A stretch of DNA of 64,000 nucleotides from Candidatus Hydrogenedens sp. (GTDB taxonomy: Bacteria > Hydrogenedentota > Hydrogenedentia > Hydrogenedentales > Hydrogenedentaceae). Positions within the stretch are counted from its first letter, which is position 1. Each line of letters begins with the position of its first letter. The notes beneath the pieces were generated by a model, which was not told where the DNA came from, made no database searches, and worked only from the letters and a program-made list of their open reading frames with translations. The position numbers and the translations under genes are program-made. Below, in pieces: positions 37,687 through 48,425 of this stretch. Location: positions 256,001 to 320,000 of the forward strand of contig JBMFRC010000001.1 in the NCBI GenBank assembly GCA_049968235.1, given 5' to 3'.

Positions 37687-38782
37687 TAATGAGCAAAAAA
37701 AGATGAAAATAGTATTTTTTGGAAATGCCACTGAAAAAAATGCTGCAATCCGGTATCGCGTGCAAAAATTTGCAGATATGTTTGAGGTGGAAGGATATCC
37801 GTGTATTGTTTGTTTACCTTCTTCTGTGGATTTCTACTTAAAATATTTTGAGAACCAACCAAAGTACAAGAAGGCAATTTATTGGCTTTGTGTATGGCTT
37901 CGTCGCTGGTTTCAACTACGACACATTTTTAATGCGGATGTAATATTTTTAAGAGGTCCTATATTTAAATACGGACCACCAATCTTTGAATATATAATTC
38001 ACTTGTTTAATAAAAATATGGTCTTTGATATTGATGACGCTGTCTGGGAAAAACCGGCTTTCGTAAAAAATTATTCTCTTCGTTTTATTGATTTTGACTG
38101 GGCTAAGAAAATGTGTAAAATCTGTGCGGGCGCAGTCGTCGGCAATCGTTATCTGGAAGAACATGTGAAACAATGGGGAGCAAAGAAAATTGCTATTGTT
38201 CCGACATGTATTGATATAGAGAAACACCAGCAGAAAAAAGAATACCCAAAACATAACAATCCAGTAATTATAGGTTGGACAGGAACTCATACCAATTTAG
38301 GTTACCTGGACATACTCAAAGAACCATTAAAGGAATTATCTAAAAAATATCCGATACAACTGTTTATTGCTTCTAATGGTTTGAATTACAATATGGAAGG
38401 AGTAAATGTCGTATTTGAAAATTGGAAACTCGAAAAGGAATTTGAATACTTGCAAAGGCCTGATATTGGTTTGATGCCACTTATTGACACACCACGAGCA
38501 CGAGGAAAATGTGCTTTTAAGGCATTAGAATACATGGGTGTTGGGACGCCGGTTGTCATTTCACCTGTTGGTATGAATGCGGAGGTGATAGAAAATGGTG
38601 TTCATGGTTTCCTGGCACAGACTCCTGAAGAGTGGTATGATCGATTAGAAAGATTAATAACGAACCCGGATTTACGAGAGCAAATGGGACGGAAAGCACG
38701 GCAACGCATTGTAGATTTATATTCATTTGAAGCGAACTATCCCCAACTGAAAGAATTCCTATTGGATATTGCAAAAGGATAA
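37679..38782 (+). CDS. Glycosyltransferase family 1 (GT-B, GT4-like)
   Basis: C-terminal E-x7-E-like region EYMGVGTPVVISPVGMNAEVIENGVHGFL. The start is placed at ATGGCTGA, which overlaps the upstream stop by 8 nt (MADNEQ...); the ORF track starts at 37652. Confidence 0.65.
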   Translation: MADNEQKKMKIVFFGNATEKNAAIRYRVQKFADMFEVEGYPCIVCLPSSVDFYLKYFENQPKYKKAIYWLCVWLRRWFQLRHIFNADVIFLRGPIFKYGPPIFEYIIHLFNKNMVFDIDDAVWEKPAFVKNYSLRFIDFDWAKKMCKICAGAVVGNRYLEEHVKQWGAKKIAIVPTCIDIEKHQQKKEYPKHNNPVIIGWTGTHTNLGYLDILKEPLKELSKKYPIQLFIASNGLNYNMEGVNVVFENWKLEKEFEYLQRPDIGLMPLIDTPRARGKCAFKALEYMGVGTPVVISPVGMNAEVIENGVHGFLAQTPEEWYDRLERLITNPDLREQMGRKARQRIVDLYSFEANYPQLKEFLLDIAKG

Positions 38783-38787
38783 ATCAA

Positions 38788-40101
38788 ATGAAAGAAACAA
38801 ATAATCCAGATGTGGCTCTGGCGTGGGAGTGGATAGAAGAACTGGATGCATGGTTGGGAAAAAATGGATTGTGTGGTTATGACCGTTTCAATGTAAAAGA
38901 CCATCCTTTATGTCGCTCCTTACAAACGATGCCTTTGCTTCGCAAATTGAGTCCCGGATATTCTGAATTATTTCCAAAATTTACACGATGGCTTTTACGT
39001 GTAAAAAAAACAGAGAATCCTAAAGCCCATGCGTTAATGGCAACCGGACATTTGCGATTGCTTTCAATTGAACCTGAAAAGGAACATTTAGAAAGGGCAG
39101 AAAGACATCTACTATGGCTCCGTTCTCAGAGGGTACCGGGTCTTGATGGCTGGGCTTGGGGATATCCTTTCGCTTACACAGGCAAAGGGGTTCATGTCCC
39201 TGCGAATACCCCCGTTAGCGTTGTTACTGCTATTGCAGGTCAAGCATTTTTATCCGCATATCAGATGACGCAGGAAGAACAATATCTCTCTGCCATACTT
39301 GAAATTGCAGAATTTTTTATTAAGGAACTCCCTCACTGGAAACTGAAAAACGGGGGACTGTGCTTCGGTTATGCTCTTAAAGGAGACCCACGAAAAGTTC
39401 ATAATGCAAATCTACTTGTAGCAGAATATCTTTATCATGTCTCCCATATCACAGGTGAGAAAAAATACCAAGAAATAGCAGAGCCTGCATTAGAGTTTTC
39501 TCTCAACGCACAAAACGAAAATGGCTCATGGTATTATGGATACTGGGAAGAGGACGACCCCTCTGAAAAAGAATTACATAAAATTATAGATAACCATCAT
39601 ACAGGGTTTGTTTTAAGGTCTTTATACGGAATTTACAAGTTAGAACCCAATGAAGTGCTTAAAGAAAAAATACTGAAAGGTTTCCAATATTATGCTACTT
39701 TATTTGAAGAATGCGGACAACCCTATTTTGCAGAAAACAAGAAATGGCCTGTGGATATACATGCGTGTGCAGAGGGAATTTTATGTCCCTCAATTTTAGC
39801 GGAAGTTATCCCTGCGGCACATGTTCTTGCAGTGTTCGTTCTACGCTGGGCATGGTTCCACATGCGAAACTTAAAAACGGGGGAACTCTATTATCGGCGT
39901 TACCCGTTCTTTATCTCTAAAATCACCTTTCCGAGGTGGGGTGTGGCGTTGATGTTCCGGGCTATCGCAGAATATCTTTCCCGCTTCTATGAAGTCAAAG
40001 AACGGGTAGAGAGATTAAAAATGCAAGCCATACGATGGATAGAACCCATTCCTAACATAGGAAATACATCAAATAGTAATACAATAGAAGAAACAAAATA
40101 A
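38788..40101 (+). CDS. Hypothetical protein in glycan cluster (possibly alpha/alpha-barrel enzyme)
   Basis: 437 aa with no signal peptide. Trp/aromatic-rich repeats suggest an (alpha/alpha)6-type fold, but no motif is securely recognised. Confidence 0.3.
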   Translation: MKETNNPDVALAWEWIEELDAWLGKNGLCGYDRFNVKDHPLCRSLQTMPLLRKLSPGYSELFPKFTRWLLRVKKTENPKAHALMATGHLRLLSIEPEKEHLERAERHLLWLRSQRVPGLDGWAWGYPFAYTGKGVHVPANTPVSVVTAIAGQAFLSAYQMTQEEQYLSAILEIAEFFIKELPHWKLKNGGLCFGYALKGDPRKVHNANLLVAEYLYHVSHITGEKKYQEIAEPALEFSLNAQNENGSWYYGYWEEDDPSEKELHKIIDNHHTGFVLRSLYGIYKLEPNEVLKEKILKGFQYYATLFEECGQPYFAENKKWPVDIHACAEGILCPSILAEVIPAAHVLAVFVLRWAWFHMRNLKTGELYYRRYPFFISKITFPRWGVALMFRAIAEYLSRFYEVKERVERLKMQAIRWIEPIPNIGNTSNSNTIEETK

Positions 40102-40102
40102 T

Positions 40103-42244
40103 TTGGAGATTTTCATGCTTCAGGGAATTATTAAAAAAGGTAAAGCATTGACTGTTAATGTTCCTGCTCCACAGGTAGGTAAAGGGATGTCGCTTATAAA
40201 AGTTATTTTTAGTTGCATTTCAGCAGTAACAGAATTGAGCGGACTTGCCCGTAGTAAAAAGCCATTAATTCAACGGGCATGGGAACAACCCGATAAGGTA
40301 AAAAAAGTGATGGATATATTGCGGGATGAAGGTTTTACAGTCGTCTATGCAAAGGTTAAGAATAAATTAGAATCCGGTACACCTATCGGTTATTCGGTTA
40401 GTGGTATTGTTATAGCAGTTGGTGAAGAGATTAGCCGATTTCAACCGGGAGATAAAGTTTCTGCATCAGGTGTAGGATATGCTCATCACGCAGAGTTCGT
40501 TTCTGTTCCAGAAAATCTTGTAGTTAAGTTTCCGGAGGAAGTATCTTTTGAAGAGGCATCTACTGTGGCATTGGGGGGAATTGCTATACAGAGTATACGA
40601 CGGGCAAACCTTCAACTGGGTGAATTTGTTGTGGTTTTTGGGCAGGAATTTTAGGCTTGCTAACAACACAAGTGCTCATCGCTTCGGGAATAAGAACAGC
40701 AGTAATTGATATTGACTCACATCGTTTAGACATTGCTAAAGAATTAGGTACGGAATTGGTTATTAATCCGCATGATGAAAATCCTATCGATAAAGTAATT
40801 AACTGGAGTGATGGCTATGGAGCCGATGCAGTTATTTTCACGGCGTCCACACAGCAAAACAAACCTCTTTCTCAATGTTTCCGTATGACTCGAAAGAAAG
40901 GAAAGGTTGTTTTGGTAGGTGTGTCGGGTCTTGAAATTAAACGCGAGGATATTTATTCCAAAGAATTGGATTTTCTTATTTCCACATCTTATGGACCCGG
41001 CAGATACGATACACAATATGAAGAAAAAGGGGTTGATTACCCGTATGCCTATGTTCGCTGGACAGAAAACAGGAACATGAAAGAATACTTGAGGTTAATC
41101 CACAGTAAGCATATAAAACTTGATAGATTAATAGAAAAAACATACCCCATTGAACAAATTGCAGATGCGTTTGATTGCCTATCTTCACAAACACCGCGTC
41201 CGTTAATTGTGCTTCTCCAATATGACACACCTGAGACAGAACCATTCCTTGCGGATATATCACAACAACTAATTCATGTGAATACGAACTATACACGAAA
41301 ATCTGTTATTAATGTTGCAATTATCGGCACAGGGGGATTTGCAACAAACATGCATTTGCCAAACCTTGCAAGGCTTAAAGATAAATATTCCATTTATGCC
41401 ACTATGAACCGTTCCGCACAACAGGCAAAATTCGTAGCAGAACAATATCAAGCCAAATACACCACGACCAACCTGGATGAAATATTGAGTGATAAACAGG
41501 TGGACCTCGTTTTTATAACCACAAGACATGATTCCCATGCGGAATATTGTTTGAAAGCATTACATGCAGGGAAACATGTTTTTGTGGAAAAACCTTTAGC
41601 CACATCTCAGGAAGAGTTGAATAAGATAAAAGATTTCTACACACAGGGGAGTGAACTTAAACCCATATTACTCGTCGGCTTTAACCGTCGGTTCAGTAGA
41701 TACCTTACAGAAAAAAAAACATACAGACAGGCGAATTAACCCTTTACTTATTCATTATCGAATGAATGCAGGACTTTTACCTTCGGACCATTGGGTTTTT
41801 GAAACAGGGGGTCGGATTATTGGCGAAGCATGTCATATTATAGACACCGTTTCCTTTCTCACAAAAAGCCCCCTGGAAACTATATCCGTAGAATCTCTAA
41901 CACCAACGACAGACCGATATAGACCTACGGATAACAAAATTGTGCTATTAAAATATAAGGACGGCTCTGTTGCTTGTTTTGAGTATTTCTCTGTAGGAAG
42001 TACAGAATTTGCTAAAGAATATATGGAGGTTCATTTTGACGGGAAAACCCTTGTAATGGACGATTATAAATCTCTAAAAGGTTATGGTCTGAAAATCAAT
42101 GAAATACAAACTCGAACCAGCCAGAAAGGCTACTTTGAAGAAATTCTGGCTCTTTATGATTCCATAACGGGTAAAAACCCAGATTTGCCTATCCCACTCC
42201 CCGAATTGTTCCAGACTACAGAAGCAACATTTATAATAAAGTAA
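40103..42244 (+). pseudogene. Bi-domain oxidoreductase (zinc-type alcohol dehydrogenase-like N-domain + Gfo/Idh/MocA domain) interrupted by two frameshifts
   Basis: Three consecutive ORFs (40103-40654, 40657-41739, 41651-42244) read as one protein if one G is added in GGG at 40640-40642 and one base is changed in the A9 run at 41711-41719. The first correction restores the Rossmann motif VVVFGAGILGLLT; the second bridges the Gfo/Idh/MocA N-terminal (VAIIGTGGFATNMHLPNL...EKPLA) and C-terminal parts. Confidence 0.55.
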
Positions 42245-42313
42245 AACTGCATTTTATTCTAATTGCTAACTTAATAACTCCATTCTACATTTCAATTCTA
42301 TAACCATAAATGT

Positions 42314-43921
42314 TTAATCTTTAGTGGGTTTCTCTACTTTGTAAATAGAATTCCATAATAACGAATGATGTTTCCATAAAGTATCTTTAGAACTATACAC
42401 AGGGACACCATTTTCAATCCGAAACAATTCGGGATTTAACAATACAGGATTTACAGATATTTTCGTAAGCACAATATCGGAAAGTATGTATTGAGAACCA
42501 ACAGAACTCGATAAATCAAATTTAAATATTCGTGAAAAGAAAGTATCTTTATAAATATGTCGATATTGGAAAGAATTTGATACGACAATATAATCGATAT
42601 CATATTGTTTAATAAATTCCTCTTCATTTTGTTCTTTTAGCAAACATGGGAAAATTTCCCCTCCCACAATACCGTCCACACTTATTAATTGGGCATTCGT
42701 ATTGAACTGAAACTGTATTTCATAAATTAATATTTTGCTTTTTTCATGGATACCCAATCTCCGAATTTCCTCTGCAAAATCATTTCCTAAGATACGGTCA
42801 AAACTGTACTTATAGTTTTCGGGTTTATTTAATTGCAAATGTTGATATATAGCAAATACAAACAGGGGCAACATAATAATAATTGCTATCTTTGAATATT
42901 TTGAAAAATGTCTTCCTATCTCCATTGCAATCCATGGAAACAATACAGGGACCAATGTTAGCAAATATCTGTTTGAGTAAAGCATAGGAGGAAAAAGAAG
43001 GTAAATAAATACCAGAAGTACACTACTAAAAAACATAATATTTTGTATTTTATCATTGGAAATAAGTTTAAAAATGTCTAGAAAGACCAGAAGAATAAAT
43101 AGAGGTAACACAAAAAGTAACGCGGGAGAAAACCGATATAAATCACCAATGGAAATTACTATTTTCTCTACATAGGAAATATCTTTATTTTCTAATGAAC
43201 GGATAAAACGCCCTAAAATAGAAGAAGGTGAAAGGATACCTGTCATCACGAATAAATATCCATAAACGACTACCGGGCTTGATAAACCTAAAATAAGATA
43301 TTTCCCAAATATTTTTCTATTCTCTGAAATTAATAAAAGTGCAGTAACAAAAAGCAGAAAATATTCTGGACGAACAAGAATAGAACATCCTGCGAAAAAG
43401 ATACCTGCTTTGTTCCATTTTATTTTCAATAAGAATAATGCAAATGTGGGGATAAAAATTATTAATGCAGTTTCGTATAATTGTGTAGAAGATATAAAGA
43501 GAGAATAAACAAACATATAGGAAAGAATTAAGAATAAAACAATAAATATTTTTTCCTTTTTTTGCATCGGGAATTGCTCATTGCCAATGCATATATAGAC
43601 ATTCAGGAGTACTCCTCCAAGGATAAAAATCTTATTTACATAAGTAGCAAATACCAGCCATTTTTCAAACCCCAAAAAATAATAAGGAATGGAATTTAAC
43701 ATGACCCAGAGAGGAGAGGTCGCTCCATGCTTTACTTCATAACCAAAGACAAAAGGTTTGGGGAAAAAATCACGAATAAAAGTAAAATATATAGAAGCAT
43801 CGCCATGAATTCGTGTTTTGTGAAGATAAAGAATAAAAAGAAGAAAGATAACAGGAAGAGTTAGCGATATACAATATATGACTTTTCCCTTTTGAAAATG
43901 TTGCGGATATAAATGATACAT
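42314..43921 (-). CDS. Polytopic membrane protein, putative GT-C-fold glycosyltransferase
   Basis: 535 aa. About 11 hydrophobic helices occupy the N-terminal two-thirds, followed by a soluble C-terminal domain of roughly 160 aa. The architecture resembles ArnT/PMT-like GT-C enzymes, but no secure motif is seen. Confidence 0.35.
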   Translation of the reverse strand: MYHLYPQHFQKGKVIYCISLTLPVIFLLFILYLHKTRIHGDASIYFTFIRDFFPKPFVFGYEVKHGATSPLWVMLNSIPYYFLGFEKWLVFATYVNKIFILGGVLLNVYICIGNEQFPMQKKEKIFIVLFLILSYMFVYSLFISSTQLYETALIIFIPTFALFLLKIKWNKAGIFFAGCSILVRPEYFLLFVTALLLISENRKIFGKYLILGLSSPVVVYGYLFVMTGILSPSSILGRFIRSLENKDISYVEKIVISIGDLYRFSPALLFVLPLFILLVFLDIFKLISNDKIQNIMFFSSVLLVFIYLLFPPMLYSNRYLLTLVPVLFPWIAMEIGRHFSKYSKIAIIIMLPLFVFAIYQHLQLNKPENYKYSFDRILGNDFAEEIRRLGIHEKSKILIYEIQFQFNTNAQLISVDGIVGGEIFPCLLKEQNEEEFIKQYDIDYIVVSNSFQYRHIYKDTFFSRIFKFDLSSSVGSQYILSDIVLTKISVNPVLLNPELFRIENGVPVYSSKDTLWKHHSLLWNSIYKVEKPTKD

Positions 43922-43939
43922 ACGAACTCCGAGTAAGCA

Positions 43940-45499
43940 CTATTCCGGGAATACACCAATGGGGACAGATATCGATTGGTTAATTATCGCCTGTATATCG
44001 CTTGCTCCCAAGCCATTACCATCAACATCTATATCTTTATCAATTGGTGTAATGCCCAAAATGACCTCTACTGCAAGGTCTACATCTTCATCGTTTACTT
44101 TACCATCCGAATTAATGTCACCATCACTCAGGGGAATGTCGCGACGGGTTGCCCATCCATCAACAACCTCAATTCCATTTACACGGTAAGGAATATATCC
44201 TGGTGCTGTAAAAGCAAGGTTGTATGTCCCGGGCAATAATAGCCGATGATAATTTCCTACACGCGGATGACTGAAAACAGGTTGCGTGTTGCCCTGCACT
44301 AAAACCTTTGTCCAGACAGGGTCTCCTGTATTGCGGTCATATACCAATCCACGAATTCCACGTAAAACGCACTCTAAATACGATAACATGGATTCACGGT
44401 TATTATTCCATAATGTCGGTATCCATGACCCAGCCGGGAATTTTGTGTTAAATAATTCTATCGTCATTTCAATACATCCCGTAAATCGATAATTCCAATC
44501 TTGCATTCCACCTGTAACGACATACCACTCCGCACCATTTGTTATTCCGCCGGGAAATTGAGAATTAGTGTACATGGGTGTGTTATGCATAGCATATTGC
44601 GTGGCTATCCACTTCATTAGTGCATCATCCGGTGTCGGTGCCTCAACACCACTGGGACCTCCATCATTGTCATATGGATAATTTACAACCATTGCACCTG
44701 TATGAAAATTTGCAGATAAACTAAAATTGTGTTCTAATGACCAACGCATAATATGCTGAATCTCGGGCTGCCTCGTTTCAATAGATATATTACCTCCATC
44801 ATAATAGAATGTATTGAAATCAGTAGGATAATTGGGAAAAGAACGGTTTAAATCTACGCCATTAGCATTAAACCGTGATACCGCTTCGCGTCCATCCGGA
44901 TTCATCAAAGGCACAATCCATATAGAAACCTCATCAACAACATTTTTAATCCTTGTATCTGTGGAATAGTTTTGCAGGAGATACTCCGCAAAAAACAGAC
45001 ATAACTCTGTCCCGATGGGTTCATCCCCATGTATTGTAGCAATATACTTAAACTCAGGCTCATCTTCTTCTATATCCGGATTATCCGTAATGTGAAGTGC
45101 CCACAATTCTCGTCTCTGCACAGATTGCCCCAATGACATTAAACGGGTAAGAGTCGGATATGTATCGGTAAGGTTTTGTAAAAATTGTGTTAATTCTGCG
45201 TAGTTGTGATACCCTGTAGGTGTTTTCTCTAAGTAAGGCGATGGGTCTGTCCCTATCACTTGTGGTTCAAAACCTTCATTTTGCAATTTTTTCAATGCAT
45301 ACTTCGGAATATAAACACGAGCATAATTCCCATCATACGAATCAACAGAATACCCTTGTTGCTCAAGATAATCAATGTCTGATAGGCTCTTAATTTTTAC
45401 CTGCACGATATACCATATGGGTAAGGATGCTTTCTGCGCAAAAACTTCAATATCGGAGAGAACAACAAATAACAATAGAATTAATACTAATTTTTTCAC
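43940..45499 (-). CDS. M14-family zinc carboxypeptidase with C-terminal dockerin domain
   Basis: Signal peptide, then an M14 zinc motif HGDEPIG...E and downstream His. The C-terminus carries two dockerin repeats (GDINSDGKVNDEDVDLAVEVILG and IDVDGNGLGASDIQAIINQSI). Confidence 0.7.
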   Translation of the reverse strand: MKKLVLILLLFVVLSDIEVFAQKASLPIWYIVQVKIKSLSDIDYLEQQGYSVDSYDGNYARVYIPKYALKKLQNEGFEPQVIGTDPSPYLEKTPTGYHNYAELTQFLQNLTDTYPTLTRLMSLGQSVQRRELWALHITDNPDIEEDEPEFKYIATIHGDEPIGTELCLFFAEYLLQNYSTDTRIKNVVDEVSIWIVPLMNPDGREAVSRFNANGVDLNRSFPNYPTDFNTFYYDGGNISIETRQPEIQHIMRWSLEHNFSLSANFHTGAMVVNYPYDNDGGPSGVEAPTPDDALMKWIATQYAMHNTPMYTNSQFPGGITNGAEWYVVTGGMQDWNYRFTGCIEMTIELFNTKFPAGSWIPTLWNNNRESMLSYLECVLRGIRGLVYDRNTGDPVWTKVLVQGNTQPVFSHPRVGNYHRLLLPGTYNLAFTAPGYIPYRVNGIEVVDGWATRRDIPLSDGDINSDGKVNDEDVDLAVEVILGITPIDKDIDVDGNGLGASDIQAIINQSISVPIGVFPE

Positions 45500-45922
45500 T
45501 TTTACATTAAGACCTTATGTCTACAGATTTCGATATAACCATTATAAAACTTTAAGTGATTGTTAACAACCTATCTATAAAAGAACTAAACATACATTGT
45601 TATTGATGCTAATACTAACAAATGGTACCTATAAATAAATCATATTATGCAAACAATATCATATTATATAATATTTGGGAAGGATAAGGGAGAAAAAATT
45701 GAAACAGAAAAATGAGGGAAGAGGTATATATTTTACGGAATCAATTGGTTAATTACCCGGTAAGGAAGAATTAAAATCAAAAAATCAACACGGTATAATA
45801 AAAAGGATGGAGCATAGAAGTTCTTAGATTATGTAGTGTTCAATCAGAAGTGGAAACGGCAGAGGGAAGTTTTGAATATCTAATAGTAATTTTCAAGGGT
45901 TTCTTTTTAGATATTTTTCAAT

Positions 45923-45951
45923 TTGTTTAAAAGATGTTTTTTTGCTATAAT
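45923..45951 (+). promoter_or_regulatory. Candidate promoter with extended -10 (TGcTATAAT) for the rpsF operon
   Basis: TTGTTT at 45923-45928, a 17-nt spacer, TGC then TATAAT at 45946-45951. SD GAGGAG lies about 9 nt before the rpsF ATG. Confidence 0.4.
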
Positions 45952-46006
45952 AAGAGTTTCTAAACGCCAGTAATATAAAAACCCAAACCGTAATGAGGAG
46001 TAAAAT

Positions 46007-46435
46007 ATGTCATTACGAACTTACGAAGCGCTGTTTATCGTCAGTCCGGAAGTGGAAGACGATAACATCCAGGCAATAGCCCGCGAGACCGAGAATCTGG
46101 TCATAAAGAGCGGAGGGGTTATTGTGCGCTCCGAAGTATGGGGTCGGCGGAGATTGGCTTATAAAGTCAAAAATTTTTTGGAGGGTATCTATATCCTGAT
46201 ACGTTTCCAATCCTCCCCCAACTTCATTGCGCGACTGGAAAATTATTTCCGCCTCAGTGAACAAATTATTCGCTACATCGTCGTTTATTTCGATGAAAAA
46301 ACGCTCCGATTGGAAGCAGAGCAGGCACAGCGCCGGCAGGAATTAGAATCCGGATACGAACAACAATCCGATAAAGATGAAAATCTTGCCCCCATTCCTA
46401 CAAGTGTTGCAGAGGAAGAGGAGGATGAGGAATAA
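46007..46435 (+). CDS. rpsF: 30S ribosomal protein S6
   Basis: N-terminus RTYEALFIVSPEV, a conserved core and an acidic C-terminal tail (EEEEDEE). Confidence 0.85.
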   Translation: MSLRTYEALFIVSPEVEDDNIQAIARETENLVIKSGGVIVRSEVWGRRRLAYKVKNFLEGIYILIRFQSSPNFIARLENYFRLSEQIIRYIVVYFDEKTLRLEAEQAQRRQELESGYEQQSDKDENLAPIPTSVAEEEEDEE

Positions 46436-46459
46436 ACTTTAACATAGGAACAGGTAATT

Positions 46460-46969
46460 ATGTCGGATATTCGCGTTCCTGATTTAAACATTGTTCTAAT
46501 TGCCGGTAGACTTATAGGAGACCCGGAAACCCGTGCCACTCCCACTGGGAGAACAGTTACAAAATTTACTATAGCAAATAACCGCCGTTTCAAAGGTAAA
46601 GATGGAGAAGTCAGAGAGGAAAGCCTCTTTATTTCTATCGTATCCTGGGATAGTATGGCGGATTACGCCTATAAGTATCTCCGTAAAGGGGGACCGGTTC
46701 TCGTCGAAGGTCGATTGCGGATGGATAAATGGAATGACCCAACAACCAACCAGCGCAGGTCGCGGTTCGAGATTGTAGCACGAAGTATTCAACAGCTTGA
46801 TTGGGGGACAGGTTCGTCAGGGAAAGCAGGACAGGGAAGTATTCCTCCAAATGAAAAGGCAGTTCCCAATATGAACAATTACCCTAATCAGGATAAAGGA
46901 ACTTTCTATCCAGAGGAAAATTACCCGGACGATAGTTACCCTATGCCGGAAGATGATGTCCCGTTCTAA
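46460..46969 (+). CDS. ssb: Single-stranded DNA-binding protein
   Basis: OB-fold motifs (NIVLIAGRLIGDPETRATPTG...) and a C-terminal acidic tail ending DDVPF. It lies between rpsF and rpsR. Confidence 0.85.
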   Translation: MSDIRVPDLNIVLIAGRLIGDPETRATPTGRTVTKFTIANNRRFKGKDGEVREESLFISIVSWDSMADYAYKYLRKGGPVLVEGRLRMDKWNDPTTNQRRSRFEIVARSIQQLDWGTGSSGKAGQGSIPPNEKAVPNMNNYPNQDKGTFYPEENYPDDSYPMPEDDVPF

Positions 46970-47057
46970 TTCCATTTCAAGAAAATCGTTTATTATTACC
47001 AACCTATAGAAACAATTAAAATTTTAACCCATATTTTAACAAAAGGAATAATGTCTT

Positions 47058-47339
47058 ATGGCACACATTTCTGCAAAAGCAAAATCAAAAATTCGGATGA
47101 AACGATTAAAGAGAAGAAAGAAGAAGAGAGTTTTCCGGAAGAAAACGAGCAGGTTAACCATAGAACGAATAGTATATATCGATTATAAGGATACGAATTT
47201 GTTACGGCATTACATAACCGAACGTGGTAAAATCATACCCCGTCGGATTACGGGTACCACAGCAAAACAACAGCATATGCTTACAAGGGCAATTAAATTA
47301 GCCCGTCAGATTGCATTGCTTCCTTTCGTAGCGGAATAG
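47058..47339 (+). CDS. rpsR: 30S ribosomal protein S18
   Basis: Conserved [27 protein letters not shown]...[10 protein letters not shown]. Confidence 0.85.
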   Translation: MAHISAKAKSKIRMKRLKRRKKKRVFRKKTSRLTIERIVYIDYKDTNLLRHYITERGKIIPRRITGTTAKQQHMLTRAIKLARQIALLPFVAE

Positions 47340-47357
47340 CCCATATTTAATTCGTAA

Positions 47358-48365
47358 TTGTTTCTTATGTCCAATGTGTTAACGAAAATATTGTTTTTAA
47401 TTTTGACCACTGCCTATTTAACAGGGGAAGGATTATTTCTGTTACTTCCCCTTGTTACAATTGTAGTTATTGGCCTGACAATAGCAAGAAATTCGTGGTT
47501 ACGTACAGCCCTTCTTTGTTTAGCCCTCATTCCGGGGTTTGTATTAGGGGCAATTATGGAATCACTACCATTAAGCACTGAAAATCTTCTAATGTGGACT
47601 GCTACCTTTCTGGCAGGTATTTTATTACCCATTTTCATAGGGTATGCATTAAGAAAATACTCGTGGTCACGCTGTCTCCTTCTAATAACCTCGCTTCTGT
47701 TCATTTGCGGAATAGCCTTTACCATGTATTTCTGGAATGATTTACGCAAAGATATAACAATCTCTATTAATGCCCGGATTGCAGAAATAAAGGAACTGGG
47801 CAAAGAACAGGCCCCTGAGAATTCAGAAGAAATCAACAAGAACTTGATTGAAGGGTTGAAATATCTCGATTATCATTGGGAAGATTTTCACATTGGGCTA
47901 TTATTTGGACAAAGTTTAATAACAGCCCTAATCATTATGGGCTGGATGATTGCACGGCTAAAAAATATGCCCACAGAAGATGGCATTCATTACTGGGAGA
48001 ACTCACAGTTAGGAACTTTTTATCAAGTTCGCCCCCCGGATTACCTGGTATGGCTGGCTATTTTAACAGCAATTATCTTGATATATGACCAGCATTATAA
48101 CGCAGGCGAGTGGCTTCGTATCATCTCGAGAAATACTGCTATTATTCTCAGTTTTATTTACTGGCTCAACGGATTGAGTATACTCACTTTGCTTATCTAT
48201 TTATCTCATTGGAACATTATGTTAACACTGGGAATTTTTCTTCTTGCGTTGGGCATGTGGACTTTTCCCCTCCTTGCGATTATTGGTTTTTTCGATACAT
48301 GGTGGGAATTTCGAAATATGCTTTTACGGTATAACAATTGGGCACGCTCGAAAACAAACGTTTAG
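47358..48365 (+). CDS. DUF2232 (YybS-like) membrane protein
   Basis: 335-aa polytopic membrane protein between rpsR and rplI, which is the position occupied by yybS in Firmicutes-type operons. Confidence 0.5.
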   Translation: MFLMSNVLTKILFLILTTAYLTGEGLFLLLPLVTIVVIGLTIARNSWLRTALLCLALIPGFVLGAIMESLPLSTENLLMWTATFLAGILLPIFIGYALRKYSWSRCLLLITSLLFICGIAFTMYFWNDLRKDITISINARIAEIKELGKEQAPENSEEINKNLIEGLKYLDYHWEDFHIGLLFGQSLITALIIMGWMIARLKNMPTEDGIHYWENSQLGTFYQVRPPDYLVWLAILTAIILIYDQHYNAGEWLRIISRNTAIILSFIYWLNGLSILTLLIYLSHWNIMLTLGIFLLALGMWTFPLLAIIGFFDTWWEFRNMLLRYNNWARSKTNV

Positions 48366-48425
48366 ACTCGAAATAAGAACAAAGATAAAAATATAATTAA
48401 ACAAGAAAGGTCAGGAGAATAAACG

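Noticed and set aside
45500-46006. 500-bp region upstream of rpsF, examined for an additional gene or ncRNA (possible S6:S18 autoregulatory leader).
   Set aside because: No ORF over 15 aa with a start and RBS. A structured leader is plausible but I cannot verify a conserved fold by eye, so only the promoter was annotated.
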